Assembly (NCBI GenBank): GCA_021513695.1
Contig: CP084166.1
Coordinates: 2,048,001-2,112,000 of the forward strand
Source of the DNA: Candidatus Heimdallarchaeum aukensis
Lineage (GTDB): Archaea; Asgardarchaeota; Heimdallarchaeia; Heimdallarchaeales; Heimdallarchaeaceae
DNA length: 64,000 bases
Direction: 5' to 3'
Shown: positions 37,456-47,626 of the stretch, piece after piece
Layout of the letters: every line of letters begins with the position of its first letter
Position numbering within the stretch: the first letter of the stretch is position 1
Notes under the pieces: model-generated
Database searches by the model: none
What the model saw: only the letters and a program-made list of their open reading frames with translations
Told to the model about the DNA's origin: nothing
Position numbers and translations under genes: made by a program

Positions 37456-38648
37456 CTTAGAGTTCTCCTTAAAATATTTTCAAGTGTATCAAGGAAAACA
37501 TTAGTTTCTTTGTTTTTACTTAAATAAAAAACTGCTTTAGAAGAGTTAGTTATAATATTTCTGTAATTTTGTCTAGTCACAGGAGAGACAACCATACATG
37601 TATCAGCATAAACCTTTATACCCTTTTTAGTCAATTCTTTTACTATTGAAACTGTCTCAATATCAGTTAGAACTTTCCTTGAAGTAAAAATCATTATATC
37701 TACATCAGATTTTTTTTGTTTGCTCTTAACAACGTTATAAATCATTTTTATTTCTTTTTTTGAAGCGTGGGGGCAACCTATTGCAATCAAATCAATATTA
37801 TCTTGTTCTTTAAATCTTTCATAGATTGCTTTTTTTTCTTCTTCAGTAAAGTGAATTGTTTCTGTTAAATCCTCTTTTTTAATTTTCTTATATTCTGGTG
37901 TGAAGTGTTCTACATGATACATTGCTACGCTTCCTGATGCAGCCATTGCTGCAGATAGACTCTTTGCTTTTTCTATAGACAGTTGTTTTATACCCCTAAA
38001 GAAAGGTATTTTTCCTCCTTGATTCTCTCCAAACCAAAACCCTAAAACTGAAAAATCTGCGAAGGACTCTAATGCTGCATCTACTTCTATTAATACCTCT
38101 GGTTTACGATTTTCTGGTAAATGTAATCCATATTCTGCAGTAAGCCCTGTTAACGCTGAAGCTAAAGATGAGGGCCCTCCTTCACGATTTGTTCTTGCTC
38201 CAAAATAACTATTAGCCATTGAAACAGCAGAACTCTCACTCCAAGCAACATGTTCTCCAAATTTTGGTTCGTGCCCTACTAAATAGGGCGTGCATGTTAA
38301 AGTATCTTTTATCCCTAGCTTTCTATACTCTTCAATAATCTGTATTTGCTTTTTAGAAAATAAACTATCAATGCCCATCTCTTTGTATCTGCCCATGTCC
38401 ATTCCTGCTGGATTTAACCACGAAGGGATCTTAACTTTCAAATTGTCTTTATTTATCATGTCAAAAAAAGAAAATATTGCATCACCTACAGTTAAATAAG
38501 AGACTCCTGCAATTTGAGCACTATTTACAGAAATAAGCTTCTCTGCACCATTTACTTCTCCAATCTTAACTATTAGCTGCAGCATTTTAGAAAGAGCTTC
38601 CCCTTTTTCTCCTTCTAAAATTCTTTCTTGTTCTTTGGTTAGATACAT
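37452..38648 (-). CDS. aconitase X catalytic-domain protein (DUF521), phosphomevalonate dehydratase large subunit
   Basis: MYLTKEQERILEGEKGEA start. The length and position upstream of the DUF126 gene also fit. Confidence 0.8.
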   Translation of the reverse strand: MYLTKEQERILEGEKGEALSKMLQLIVKIGEVNGAEKLISVNSAQIAGVSYLTVGDAIFSFFDMINKDNLKVKIPSWLNPAGMDMGRYKEMGIDSLFSKKQIQIIEEYRKLGIKDTLTCTPYLVGHEPKFGEHVAWSESSAVSMANSYFGARTNREGGPSSLASALTGLTAEYGLHLPENRKPEVLIEVDAALESFADFSVLGFWFGENQGGKIPFFRGIKQLSIEKAKSLSAAMAASGSVAMYHVEHFTPEYKKIKKEDLTETIHFTEEEKKAIYERFKEQDNIDLIAIGCPHASKKEIKMIYNVVKSKQKKSDVDIMIFTSRKVLTDIETVSIVKELTKKGIKVYADTCMVVSPVTRQNYRNIITNSSKAVFYLSKNKETNVFLDTLENILRRTLR

Positions 38649-38701
38649 TACTTCTAACTTTTCTTATTTTTATTTAAACGCTTTCAATTGTCTATTCTTG
38701 G

Positions 38702-39331
38702 TTAATAAACCACTAATTTTTCACATATGTCGTTGAGAGGACATTTATCACATTTAGGACTTTTTTTTGAACATGTCTCTTTTGCATGTTTAACTAATAG
38801 TGCATGAAGTTCCTTGTATAATTCTACATCTTCAGGTATATTTTGTGATACTAGTTTTTGTAATTCGTTATAATCAAATTTCTCTTTATTATAAATCCCC
38901 AATCTTTTAAAAATTCTGAAAGTATAAGCATCGACTACGAAAAAGGGTTTTTCAAATAAATAGTTTAAAATAGAATCTGCAGTCTCGAAACCAATTCCTT
39001 TAACACTTAAAAGCTCTTCCCGCGTAGGTTTAGTTTTTTCTGCAAGTAAATTAATCAAATTACGCAACCGAATGGCCTTCAATCTGTAATAACCTGATGG
39101 ACGAATCAATTCTTCGAGTTTACTTAATTCGATTGATTGTAAGCATTTAATTGACAAACAATTTGCTTTTCTGAGGTTATTTAACGCTATTTCAACATTA
39201 TTCCATGATGTTTGTTGAGTAAGTACTGCACCTATAGCTATCTCTATTCCTTCTCCTGGCCACCAGTTTTGCCTTCCATAAAATTCTAATAGTTTTTGAT
39301 AAGTAAACTGTAGTTTTTCGCTTAAATCCAT
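38702..39331 (-). CDS. HhH-GPD family DNA glycosylase (endonuclease III-like, Fe-S cluster loop)
   Basis: AVLTQQTSWNNV, HhH LLSVKGIGFETAD, and C-terminal CSKKSPKCDKCPLNDIC. Confidence 0.75.
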   Translation of the reverse strand: MDLSEKLQFTYQKLLEFYGRQNWWPGEGIEIAIGAVLTQQTSWNNVEIALNNLRKANCLSIKCLQSIELSKLEELIRPSGYYRLKAIRLRNLINLLAEKTKPTREELLSVKGIGFETADSILNYLFEKPFFVVDAYTFRIFKRLGIYNKEKFDYNELQKLVSQNIPEDVELYKELHALLVKHAKETCSKKSPKCDKCPLNDICEKLVVY

Positions 39332-39425
39332 TGATTGTACAAAATTGGACTAATAAATTAATTTTTGTTTACTTAACTATTTATTCCGAAGTTTTATATT
39401 AACATTGGTAAATGTCGTCACGCAA

Positions 39426-40028
39426 ATGACAATCGAAGACATTGATGCTTCAGAATTTGATATTACTTGTCCATCTTGTAAAAGTAACGATGTTGAGGTC
39501 TCTCAGAAGATTCTAGATATTCCCCATTTTTCAAAGGTTTGGTTGTATAACATTAAATGCAATAATTGTGGTTACAAACATAATGATATGTTAAACCTTG
39601 AATCTAAGGAAGCGACGAGATATATTTATAAAGTAGAAAACGCCAAAGATTATACTTCTAAAATAGTTCGCTCTGCCAATGGGACAGTGAGAATCCCTGA
39701 ATTAGGCGTTATAATAGAACCAGGACCAAGTTCAACTGGCTTTATCAATAATATAGAAGGTGTACTGCAAGATGTGAAAGAAAAAGTCCTATTTTTACTT
39801 AAGAATGCACAAAGCGAAGGTGAACGAGAAAAAATTATCCAATATATTAACCAGTTAAATAGTTATATAGAAAGAAGTTTACCTCTTACATTTATTATTG
39901 AAGATCCACTAGGAAATAGTTTAATTGTCCCATATGATGAAGAAAAACTAACTGTTGAAATATTAACCGAGGAAGAAGCATCAAATCTAAAAACCGGGTA
40001 TTTAATTTTCTCAACAAAAAAAAGTTAA
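39426..40028 (+). CDS. ZPR1-type zinc-finger protein
   Basis: CPSCKSNDVEVSQKILDIPHFSKVWLYNIKCNNCGY is followed by the ZPR1 beta-domain pattern. ATG 39426 is preferred to the track TTG 39405. Confidence 0.7.
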   Translation: MTIEDIDASEFDITCPSCKSNDVEVSQKILDIPHFSKVWLYNIKCNNCGYKHNDMLNLESKEATRYIYKVENAKDYTSKIVRSANGTVRIPELGVIIEPGPSSTGFINNIEGVLQDVKEKVLFLLKNAQSEGEREKIIQYINQLNSYIERSLPLTFIIEDPLGNSLIVPYDEEKLTVEILTEEEASNLKTGYLIFSTKKS

Positions 40029-40043
40029 AGATGAGTTGATTTT

Positions 40044-41294
40044 TTGAAGCAGATAGTTGACTTTCATATCCATAGTCCTTTCTCGCGTGGTGTATCAAAA
40101 AACATGCAGATTTCTATTTTAGCTGCAGAAGCAAGAAAAAAAGGACTTGATATAATCGGAACCGGAGATGTTTTCCACAAACAATGGAATAAATACCTCC
40201 AAGAAAATTTGTCTTATGAAGTTGATGGATTATACAGCCCTTCAAAGAAAGAATATAATACATTGTTTATTGCTACAGGAGAAGTTGAGGATAACGAACA
40301 TATTCATCATTTAGTTATAGTTCCTAGTTTAAAAACTGGTATCGAGATAGCAATAGAGTTTGAAAAAAGGAACAAAATAAAGCTATCTCGCTATGGTGGG
40401 AGACCTAGAGTGGACATGGATGCTTCTCAACTTGTAGATTTGGTAAAAGAGTATAACTGTTTAATTGGTCCTGCACATATATTTACTCCTTTTACTTCAA
40501 TTTTTAGAGAAAATAAATATTCATCACTAAAAGACTGTTTTAAAGAATCAACTGTTAAGGTTGACTTTGTAGAGCTCGGCCTTTCTGCAAATTCTGCGAT
40601 GGCCGATAAAATAAAAGAACTTTGGGGGTATACTTTTTTAAGCAATTCAGATAGCCATTCTCCTAAATCATCGAAAATAGGACGAGAAGCAAATGTGATA
40701 GAGGTTGATGATGTATCTTTCAGTTCAATCCAAAAGTCATTAGAAAAAGGAAAGGAGTCCAAGATTATTTTGAATGTTGGATTAGATCCTCGTTTGGGCA
40801 AATATCATTTGTCTTTTTGCTATAAATGTAGAAGAAGGATAGTATATATTCATAATCCTTCAAAAATTTATGATGAAAAGTTCATTTATTTTGAAAAAGA
40901 AAATGAGAAACAATTCATGATTTCAATATCAGCTAGAAAACTACGTTGTCCTGCATGTAATGGTTTACTTAAATTAGGCGTAAATGACAGGGTAGAGTTA
41001 TTAGCAACTACAAATAAAAAGAACACAAAACGTCCTCCTTATTTTGATAGTGTGCCTCTCGTGTCACTTATTTCTAAAGGACTTAAAATAAAGAACCCTG
41101 ATTCAAAAACGGTGATAAAAGAGTATAACCGTTTAATAGCTACATTTGAAAATGAATACAATATTTTACTTAATGCATCAATAGAAGAAATTAGAAAAGA
41201 GAATGATTATATTGGTAAAAAAATAGAGTTGATGAGAGAAAATAAATTGGAAATCATTCCTGGTGGAGGGGGAAACTATGGGGAATTGGTTTAA
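40044..41294 (+). CDS. PHP-domain endonuclease, EndoQ-like
   Basis: VDFHIHSPFSRGVS PHP start, GTGDVFH, SNSDSHS, and the zinc ribbon CYKCRR...CPACNG. The size (~416 aa) matches EndoQ-type proteins. TTG start. Confidence 0.6.
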   Translation: MKQIVDFHIHSPFSRGVSKNMQISILAAEARKKGLDIIGTGDVFHKQWNKYLQENLSYEVDGLYSPSKKEYNTLFIATGEVEDNEHIHHLVIVPSLKTGIEIAIEFEKRNKIKLSRYGGRPRVDMDASQLVDLVKEYNCLIGPAHIFTPFTSIFRENKYSSLKDCFKESTVKVDFVELGLSANSAMADKIKELWGYTFLSNSDSHSPKSSKIGREANVIEVDDVSFSSIQKSLEKGKESKIILNVGLDPRLGKYHLSFCYKCRRRIVYIHNPSKIYDEKFIYFEKENEKQFMISISARKLRCPACNGLLKLGVNDRVELLATTNKKNTKRPPYFDSVPLVSLISKGLKIKNPDSKTVIKEYNRLIATFENEYNILLNASIEEIRKENDYIGKKIELMRENKLEIIPGGGGNYGELV

Positions 41295-42058
41295 TTTATA
41301 TCGCGAATAAACGCTATGATTTCTTTAAACGCTAATTCTCTATTTTCATCCACTGTAAGAATATGATCTCCTTGTGGTATTTTTACAAGTTTCTTTTTAC
41401 ATTGTAGTTTCTTGTATATTTTTTCAGCGTTTTTAGGGTTAACTGTCTGATCTGATTGACTTTGGGTTAAAAGAACAGGATTATTAATTCTCTTAATGCT
41501 TTTGTGTAATTTTCTATGGAATTTTAAAATTTGATAAGCTCCGTAAGTAGAATCATATGAATATGAAAAAAGATTGTGTTCAATATACCATTTAATACGT
41601 TGTTCACTCCTTGGAATATGTTTCTTGAATATAGCTAATAATGGAGTAATAATTTTGTGTAAAGGTTTGAATTCATAAAAGGCATTTATGGTAAAGATCC
41701 CGTCAACATGGAATAAGCTTCCAAAGTATAAAGAAAGAGCTCCGCCTAATGATACCCCCCCAATAATTACTTTGTCATATTTTTTTGAATATTTGTCATA
41801 AGCATCTTTGATATCATTGATCCAATCTGTCCATTTTATTTTATCTAAATCTTTGGAGGAAGATCCATGACCTGATAGTAAAATACCGTAGCAATCATAT
41901 CCTTCTCTAACTAAAAATTCAGCTAAAGGACGTGTTTCTGTACACGACGCACCAAAACCATGTACTAGTAAAATCAAAGTATTTGTTTCTTTTTTTTCGG
42001 CTTTTAAGAAAAATGGTTGCGCCAACTCTTTTAATTTATCCTGATTCATTTTATTCAT
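41291..42058 (-). CDS. alpha/beta hydrolase (carboxylesterase / monoacylglycerol lipase-like)
   Basis: HGFGAS oxyanion region, nucleophile elbow GVSLGG, and the late GDH histidine (PQGDHIL). Confidence 0.75.
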   Translation of the reverse strand: MNKMNQDKLKELAQPFFLKAEKKETNTLILLVHGFGASCTETRPLAEFLVREGYDCYGILLSGHGSSSKDLDKIKWTDWINDIKDAYDKYSKKYDKVIIGGVSLGGALSLYFGSLFHVDGIFTINAFYEFKPLHKIITPLLAIFKKHIPRSEQRIKWYIEHNLFSYSYDSTYGAYQILKFHRKLHKSIKRINNPVLLTQSQSDQTVNPKNAEKIYKKLQCKKKLVKIPQGDHILTVDENRELAFKEIIAFIRDIN

Positions 42059-42175
42059 AATTTTGACCCTGAAACATTATTTTTTTGATTTCAAATTCAG
42101 AAATCACAAAATTTCAACACATATAAATATTATTCTACTAATATATATAATAGAACTTTTTAGGGTAGAATCTAA

Positions 42176-44419
42176 ATGACAAAAGAAAAAGAAATTTTAG
42201 AACAGGATGAGAAAAAGAAAAAGTGGAGTTTTCTAGGTTGGGGGTTGCTGTTTCTTCTAATTTGGACAATAGCTCTTATGTTTATTCTCGAGGTAGCTCT
42301 GCATCCTGCAGATAGTATTATAGCGACAATTGTTGCTTATGCTCTAGGATTACTAGGCCTAGGTGTTTTCGCAGGGTTGACTCGAAGTAAATGGAAAGTT
42401 TTGGTAACCTTTCCCTTAGCAATACTAATTATCTTTGGTGCAGGTTACCTGCTACACTTAGTTAACGCTCCTATATATAATCCATTAGCTCCCGTTTCAG
42501 AAAGAGTTTTTGTGATTGTAGATGAACTAGATAGTATTGCTAATACTTCTATAGCTGACAATATTCCCGCAGATCTATTGAATAATATGGAATCTATCAA
42601 ACAATATGCTGATTTTGCATTTGTAGTTGATTTAATTATTAGTTTACCGATATTTATCCTTGGTACGTTATCTGTGACGTGGATAGTTCAGATATTTACT
42701 CAGAAACCTAAATGGTGGGTGATTTTCTCTGCGTTTTTTGCTTTAATATTTTTCATGATAGGAATGATTATGACTCCCTTTGTTCACTTAGTTATTGCGG
42801 GCGTTGTTGACCTAGGAACTAATATGAGCATCGGAGCTTTATATATGGTAAATGGACTTTCATACCTACAAGATTTACAGAATGCAGATCAAGCAGATAT
42901 TAATGAAGCAGTAGCTAATCTGAATTTAGCTTCAGAATGGTTTCAAAAAGGAGGAGAAGATATAAAGGTATTCCTAGGCGCGCTTTCTATGTCACCTTAT
43001 TTAGGAGATGCAGCCGATGACTTTAATCACCTGTTCCAAGCAGCATTCATACTCTTAGGTGGAGCAGGAACGTTTGTTAATGGGTCATATCAACTATTCA
43101 AAGGATTTGATCTGATTTCAAAAGCTCTGAATACAAGCTCTGGGTCATTAACTATGCAAGATGATCAAGTTAAACAAGCAATAGACGACGATTTGTTTAA
43201 TCAAGGTATTGACTTTATTAATGAAGGTCTTGAACTATTTGATAATAGTAGCTATGTTTTTGATGATGCTTTAACTGAAATAAAACAAGTTGATTGGCAA
43301 GAAATAAAAACTGAACTTCACGAATTGCCGATAGAAGGGACTGAAGAAATAGATTCAACTTTGGACCAGATGGAAGGTTATCTCAGCATCTTTGAAAATG
43401 CAACAGGATTGATTGATGTACTAATATCAAAACCAACATTTGCTAATGGTAGTCAAAGTAATTATGCAACATTAATTCATTTCTTCTTAGGGGCTTATAA
43501 TATAATGAAAGCTCAAGAAATTATAGGTGATGAAACTAACTTTGCAGGAACAGAAGTTTACTTTAACAGGGCTGGTGAACACTTTAATGTTACATATAAT
43601 GCATTACAAACAAGAACTGTTGCTCAGTTAATACATTCAGACACCCCAATATTAAATGGGACTGTTGCTTTCATTGTTGATATGACCGGATTGGCCGCTG
43701 ATTTAAGTTTCTTCGGTGGAGATATGGGGCCAACACTTGTTGGATTAAATAGCACACTTTCAGTTTTGTCTAATGGATATGAAAATGTAACTGATTATGA
43801 CTCAATTAGAGCAGATATTTCTGATAGTATAACAGAATTAGATAACCTAAAGGATACTGCTCATTCGATAGATAATAGGATTTTAGGAATTCAAGAAAAC
43901 GCAACAGCAAACATTTATGGAGAGTTCAGTGAAACAGCAAGTGATTTTGCATCTAATTTCCAGAAATTTAATATTACTTTGAACCTCGAAAATGCTTATT
44001 ATATTGCCCAATCATTCTATTATCTATTTGGTGCTATGAAAGATCTTAAGGACATTAAAGGATATATTGAAACTGGACAAACTGCTTTTGATAATTCAGA
44101 TTATTTGACCGCCTATAATAACTTCTTAGCCGCTAATACATCATTAGATTCATGCATCGATCAGATGTGGAATGCAAGTTACTACTTTAACCAAACTATA
44201 GGCAATGGAATGGGACAGTTAAGTAGTTCTGGTGATGCAATTGCACTAATTTACTTCTCTCTAGTATCTATACAAACTGACATAAACGTTATAACTGGAA
44301 TCGCAGGGGGTGGTAGCCCAACTGAAAGCGAAATTACTGAAGTAAATAATCGCTTAGACCACATTAACACAGTATTAGTGAATGTAAACAATGAACTAGC
44401 ACAAGTAAAAGGACAATAA
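42176..44419 (+). CDS. hypothetical membrane glycoprotein (N-terminal TM bundle, large sequon-rich domain)
   Basis: Several N-terminal TM helices are followed by ~500 aa with many N-x-S/T sequons. No family recognised. Confidence 0.6.
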   Translation: MTKEKEILEQDEKKKKWSFLGWGLLFLLIWTIALMFILEVALHPADSIIATIVAYALGLLGLGVFAGLTRSKWKVLVTFPLAILIIFGAGYLLHLVNAPIYNPLAPVSERVFVIVDELDSIANTSIADNIPADLLNNMESIKQYADFAFVVDLIISLPIFILGTLSVTWIVQIFTQKPKWWVIFSAFFALIFFMIGMIMTPFVHLVIAGVVDLGTNMSIGALYMVNGLSYLQDLQNADQADINEAVANLNLASEWFQKGGEDIKVFLGALSMSPYLGDAADDFNHLFQAAFILLGGAGTFVNGSYQLFKGFDLISKALNTSSGSLTMQDDQVKQAIDDDLFNQGIDFINEGLELFDNSSYVFDDALTEIKQVDWQEIKTELHELPIEGTEEIDSTLDQMEGYLSIFENATGLIDVLISKPTFANGSQSNYATLIHFFLGAYNIMKAQEIIGDETNFAGTEVYFNRAGEHFNVTYNALQTRTVAQLIHSDTPILNGTVAFIVDMTGLAADLSFFGGDMGPTLVGLNSTLSVLSNGYENVTDYDSIRADISDSITELDNLKDTAHSIDNRILGIQENATANIYGEFSETASDFASNFQKFNITLNLENAYYIAQSFYYLFGAMKDLKDIKGYIETGQTAFDNSDYLTAYNNFLAANTSLDSCIDQMWNASYYFNQTIGNGMGQLSSSGDAIALIYFSLVSIQTDINVITGIAGGGSPTESEITEVNNRLDHINTVLVNVNNELAQVKGQ

Positions 44420-44557
44420 TTTTTCTTTTTTTTTACACTATAATCAAAAAATAATTCTCCTTTTTTTATTCTTCTAAACTTTTTGTATTGCCTAGTGGGG
44501 AAATTTTTTAATAACGAATAAATCAATCATAGTATAGTATATCTTTTAGGTGTTAGT

Positions 44558-45052
44558 ATGGAACATGTTTATCTCATTTATGACCACTCTGTAAGAGAAT
44601 TTAAAGAACCTGCAGATCAAAAAAAGTTCAAATCAATAACTCAAGGCTCTCCCGATGAAATAAGTACAAGTTTAGATAGTGTGGGCGTTGATGGTTTGTT
44701 AATATTTAACAGAGAAAGAAATGAATGGAACTTAATATTCGCAAAAAGCTTAGGATTGGTTGCTCAAAGAACGGCAAGAAGGCAAGCAGATACAATAAGC
44801 AGATCAGGATTTTTGTTATCTTCAGGAGAACGGGTGGGGATACGTAGTAGATTACAGCAATTAACAGAAGATAATATAGGGGATTTACATAAAACTGTGC
44901 AGCAAAAATATATTGTTTCTGATTTAGTTGGTCATGTGGGAGATTCAAGAAGTGAACGTTTTCCAGCTAAAGTCTATGCAACAAAAGAATTAGAAGAAAA
45001 AAGAAATGAGGTTGAGAAAGAGCCAAAACAAACTACAAAAGAAAATATATAA
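44558..45052 (+). CDS. hypothetical protein
   Basis: ORF with an AGGTG-like sequence before the ATG. No family recognised. Confidence 0.45.
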   Translation: MEHVYLIYDHSVREFKEPADQKKFKSITQGSPDEISTSLDSVGVDGLLIFNRERNEWNLIFAKSLGLVAQRTARRQADTISRSGFLLSSGERVGIRSRLQQLTEDNIGDLHKTVQQKYIVSDLVGHVGDSRSERFPAKVYATKELEEKRNEVEKEPKQTTKENI

Positions 45053-45323
45053 GACGGATAATGTAGAGTAAACACATTGATTACAACCTTTATTTTTTTG
45101 CTTTAAGGCTCCTATCCTATAGCTAAATTCAGTAAAATTAAGAAACCACAGTAATTTCTTCATTGTAAGACTGTTTTAGCATTGAAACTTTTTATTGGTT
45201 TTTCTTTTAATAGATGCCTGTAATAGCATCTGTCCCTTAAGATTTATATATAGTTTAAAAAATAAGATAATCTGTTGAGACACATTTATTAACTAGAACG
45301 AACTTACATTTTTTGGTGTTTAA

Positions 45324-46220
45324 ATGTATCAAACACAAGTAAATCCTTTTGAATTATCAAAAAGAAAGATATCTGAAAGTTCAGGAAAAATAGCTAAATT
45401 GCTTATAGCTGTTGTTGCGCTATTGTTTGTACTAATAATCCTTGTGATGATAATGCTAGCTATAGCAGGAGGAAGTTCTGTTGTTATTGACCCAAGTAAT
45501 CCTTATGCGGCAGTTGGTGCAATGTTTAGTTCCTTTATTGTTCTAGGTATCTTTATTCTTTTAATTGCTTTAGCCTTTATTGTCATTCAAATAATGGTGC
45601 TAGTACAATATTACAAACTTGGACAAGGCTTTTCAGAAGTTGCTAATATGGACCCCTCCCTGCCAAATGCGAAAAATATTAGTTTTGGAATCTATGGCTA
45701 CATCATGGGTTATGTTTTAGGCCTTATTATTCCTGGAACCTTTGGAAAAATAATGGCACTTTTAGGTACTTTCTCATTAGCTGCAGGTTTCTACTTCATT
45801 TATGAAACGTTTGAAGATTTTAGAAAACAAGGTAGATTTGGTAAACCCGCATCTAAAAAATTGTTTATTGCTGTGGCTTTTACACTAATAGGCAATATAA
45901 TGAACTTTGTTAACAGCATTGCTATGATCGGTGTTGGCGGTTTCTTTGGTTTAATTGGTTTTATTCTTTTGATAATTGGATTAAAAGATCTAGAGCGAGA
46001 TATTCTGTTGGTTACACCAACGGAAACAGTTCCTACACAACCACCCACACAAACCCCCTATCAAGCTCCAACTTCTGTACCCACTTCTCCAGCTCCTGAA
46101 CAATCTAATCAATCACCACAGACGCAAGACGCAACCCAAGTAAAGTTTTGTCCCAACTGTGGAACAAAAAATGAATTACAAGATAAGTTTTGCATATCTT
46201 GTGGAACAAAACTAGATTAA
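45324..46220 (+). CDS. membrane protein with P/T/Q-rich linker and C-terminal zinc ribbon
   Basis: About 6 TM, then TPTETVPTQPPTQTPYQAPTSVPTSPAPEQ, then CPNCGTKNELQDKFCISCGTKL. Confidence 0.65.
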   Translation: MYQTQVNPFELSKRKISESSGKIAKLLIAVVALLFVLIILVMIMLAIAGGSSVVIDPSNPYAAVGAMFSSFIVLGIFILLIALAFIVIQIMVLVQYYKLGQGFSEVANMDPSLPNAKNISFGIYGYIMGYVLGLIIPGTFGKIMALLGTFSLAAGFYFIYETFEDFRKQGRFGKPASKKLFIAVAFTLIGNIMNFVNSIAMIGVGGFFGLIGFILLIIGLKDLERDILLVTPTETVPTQPPTQTPYQAPTSVPTSPAPEQSNQSPQTQDATQVKFCPNCGTKNELQDKFCISCGTKLD

Positions 46221-46280
46221 GTTCCCATCTTTTATTTCTTTTTTTAAAAATAGTTGCTTTTTTAACTTCATTGATTGCTC

Positions 46281-46319
46281 GATAGTGATAGTGCTGATAG
46301 TGATAGTGATAGTGATAGC
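46281..46319. repeat. GATAGT hexamer array (2 + 4 copies)
   Basis: GATAGTGATAGTgctGATAGTGATAGTGATAGTGATAGC, lying between two convergent genes. Confidence 0.85.
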
Positions 46320-46467
46320 ACTTTTTAAACCAAAATCGAAATGTTTTGAGAAAAAAGTTATTTAAATTAATTTAAGGTTAGTCCTAAAAAAACATACTGA
46401 CAGCTTTTTCGATTATCAACCAAGGATAGAATTTTCTAAATGGGGTGTTTTCTTTTTTTATGGTTTT

Positions 46468-47064
46468 TTATTCTGTATTGCTTTCGCCCATGGCCGCACT
46501 TAAAATTTCTACTTCCTGAGCTACGGACTTGATTTTAGAAGCGATAACTCTCTTCTTTTCTATTTCTTCTTGATCTTTAAGCTCTGGGAGATACTTTCCT
46601 ATAGCCGCAGTTGTTCGTATTCTTACACTATAAGGAAAAATGGTTTTATTACGACTTTTAAGTTCAGCAAGGATGCCCACGGTCCAACGTTCATTCTCTT
46701 CATCTTTGTGAATGTGAAATTTTGTTACATCAACATCACACAGGTTAAGAATTGATGAAAGAAAAGTTTCTATATCCTCATTATTAAATTGACTAATATC
46801 TAAAATCTCTCCTTTTTCAAATTCTTCTTCATGAAAATTGTATATCTGTTTTTTATCATGTATCTGTGAAAAGCGTTTATCTCTCTCGGTTCTTTTTTTA
46901 GCTGGTTGCTTTTTTCCTGTTTCATACTTATTTCTGTTACGAGCGACCCAAACACTAACAGCTTTTCCTGAACCAAGACCTATAATGGGAGCGATTTCTG
47001 AGTATGTATATCCTTGTTTTTTTAGCTCTTCTATCTTATTCCATCGCTCTTGACCTTGTAACAT
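46468..47064 (-). CDS. helix-turn-helix DNA-binding protein, family unknown
   Basis: The N-terminal KKQGYTYSEIAPIIGLGSGKAVSVWVARNR is a typical HTH. The rest is unassigned. Confidence 0.6.
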   Translation of the reverse strand: MLQGQERWNKIEELKKQGYTYSEIAPIIGLGSGKAVSVWVARNRNKYETGKKQPAKKRTERDKRFSQIHDKKQIYNFHEEEFEKGEILDISQFNNEDIETFLSSILNLCDVDVTKFHIHKDEENERWTVGILAELKSRNKTIFPYSVRIRTTAAIGKYLPELKDQEEIEKKRVIASKIKSVAQEVEILSAAMGESNTE

Positions 47065-47110
47065 TATTTTTCATCTTTTTTGGTTTTTTTATTTAGACTA
47101 CCATTCAATT

Positions 47111-47137
47111 ACTATCATTTTTTGATAGTGCTATCAC
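47111..47137. promoter_or_regulatory. operator-like inverted repeats of the TGATAG(T) motif upstream of the HTH gene
   Basis: ACTATCA-ttttt-TGATAGT-g-CTATCAC lies 47-73 nt upstream of the start codon at 47064. Confidence 0.4.
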
Positions 47138-47626
47138 TTTCATATAACATTTTACTTGCAACTATAAAAATTTTTACTAGTTAATAAAATCCTTGCGCAT
47201 AGTATTAGGCTTTTTGTCGGAATATTTTATATATGTCTAGCTAAAGCTACCTAGGCTGCTTCTAAGTTTACATATACTATGACTGTTTGATATTATCCCT
47301 TAAATTCAAGATTTGAATGTTAGTTAAAATGAAATTCTAAATCTTAGTTAATAACGTTGTATTATAAATAGACAAAATAAGCAAAAATAGACCTTTATAA
47401 TCTATATTTTAACCAATTAATCTAAATTCGTTTTGTTATACGTTTAATTATATTATTCCAAGTTTTCTATAACGCCTATTTCTCGATGAAAGTTAAATAT
47501 TAAACGTAAAAGGACTTTTATTATTAGGCTTTTAATGTAGACTTTTTACTTTTTTGAAAGGAGAAATAATTAAAAAGATGTTACAAACCTATTCTCTATT
47601 AGGAGGTAATTTACATACAGGTAAGT

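Noticed and set aside
46281-46319. GATAGT arrays as a possible CRISPR array
   Set aside because: The units are 6 bp and directly tandem, with no spacers of CRISPR size. No cas genes are in the window.
47065-47626. AT-rich ORF-free spacer as a replication origin
   Set aside because: I could identify no origin-recognition-box-type long inverted repeats. There is no adjacent orc1/cdc6 gene. AT-richness alone is unremarkable in this genome.
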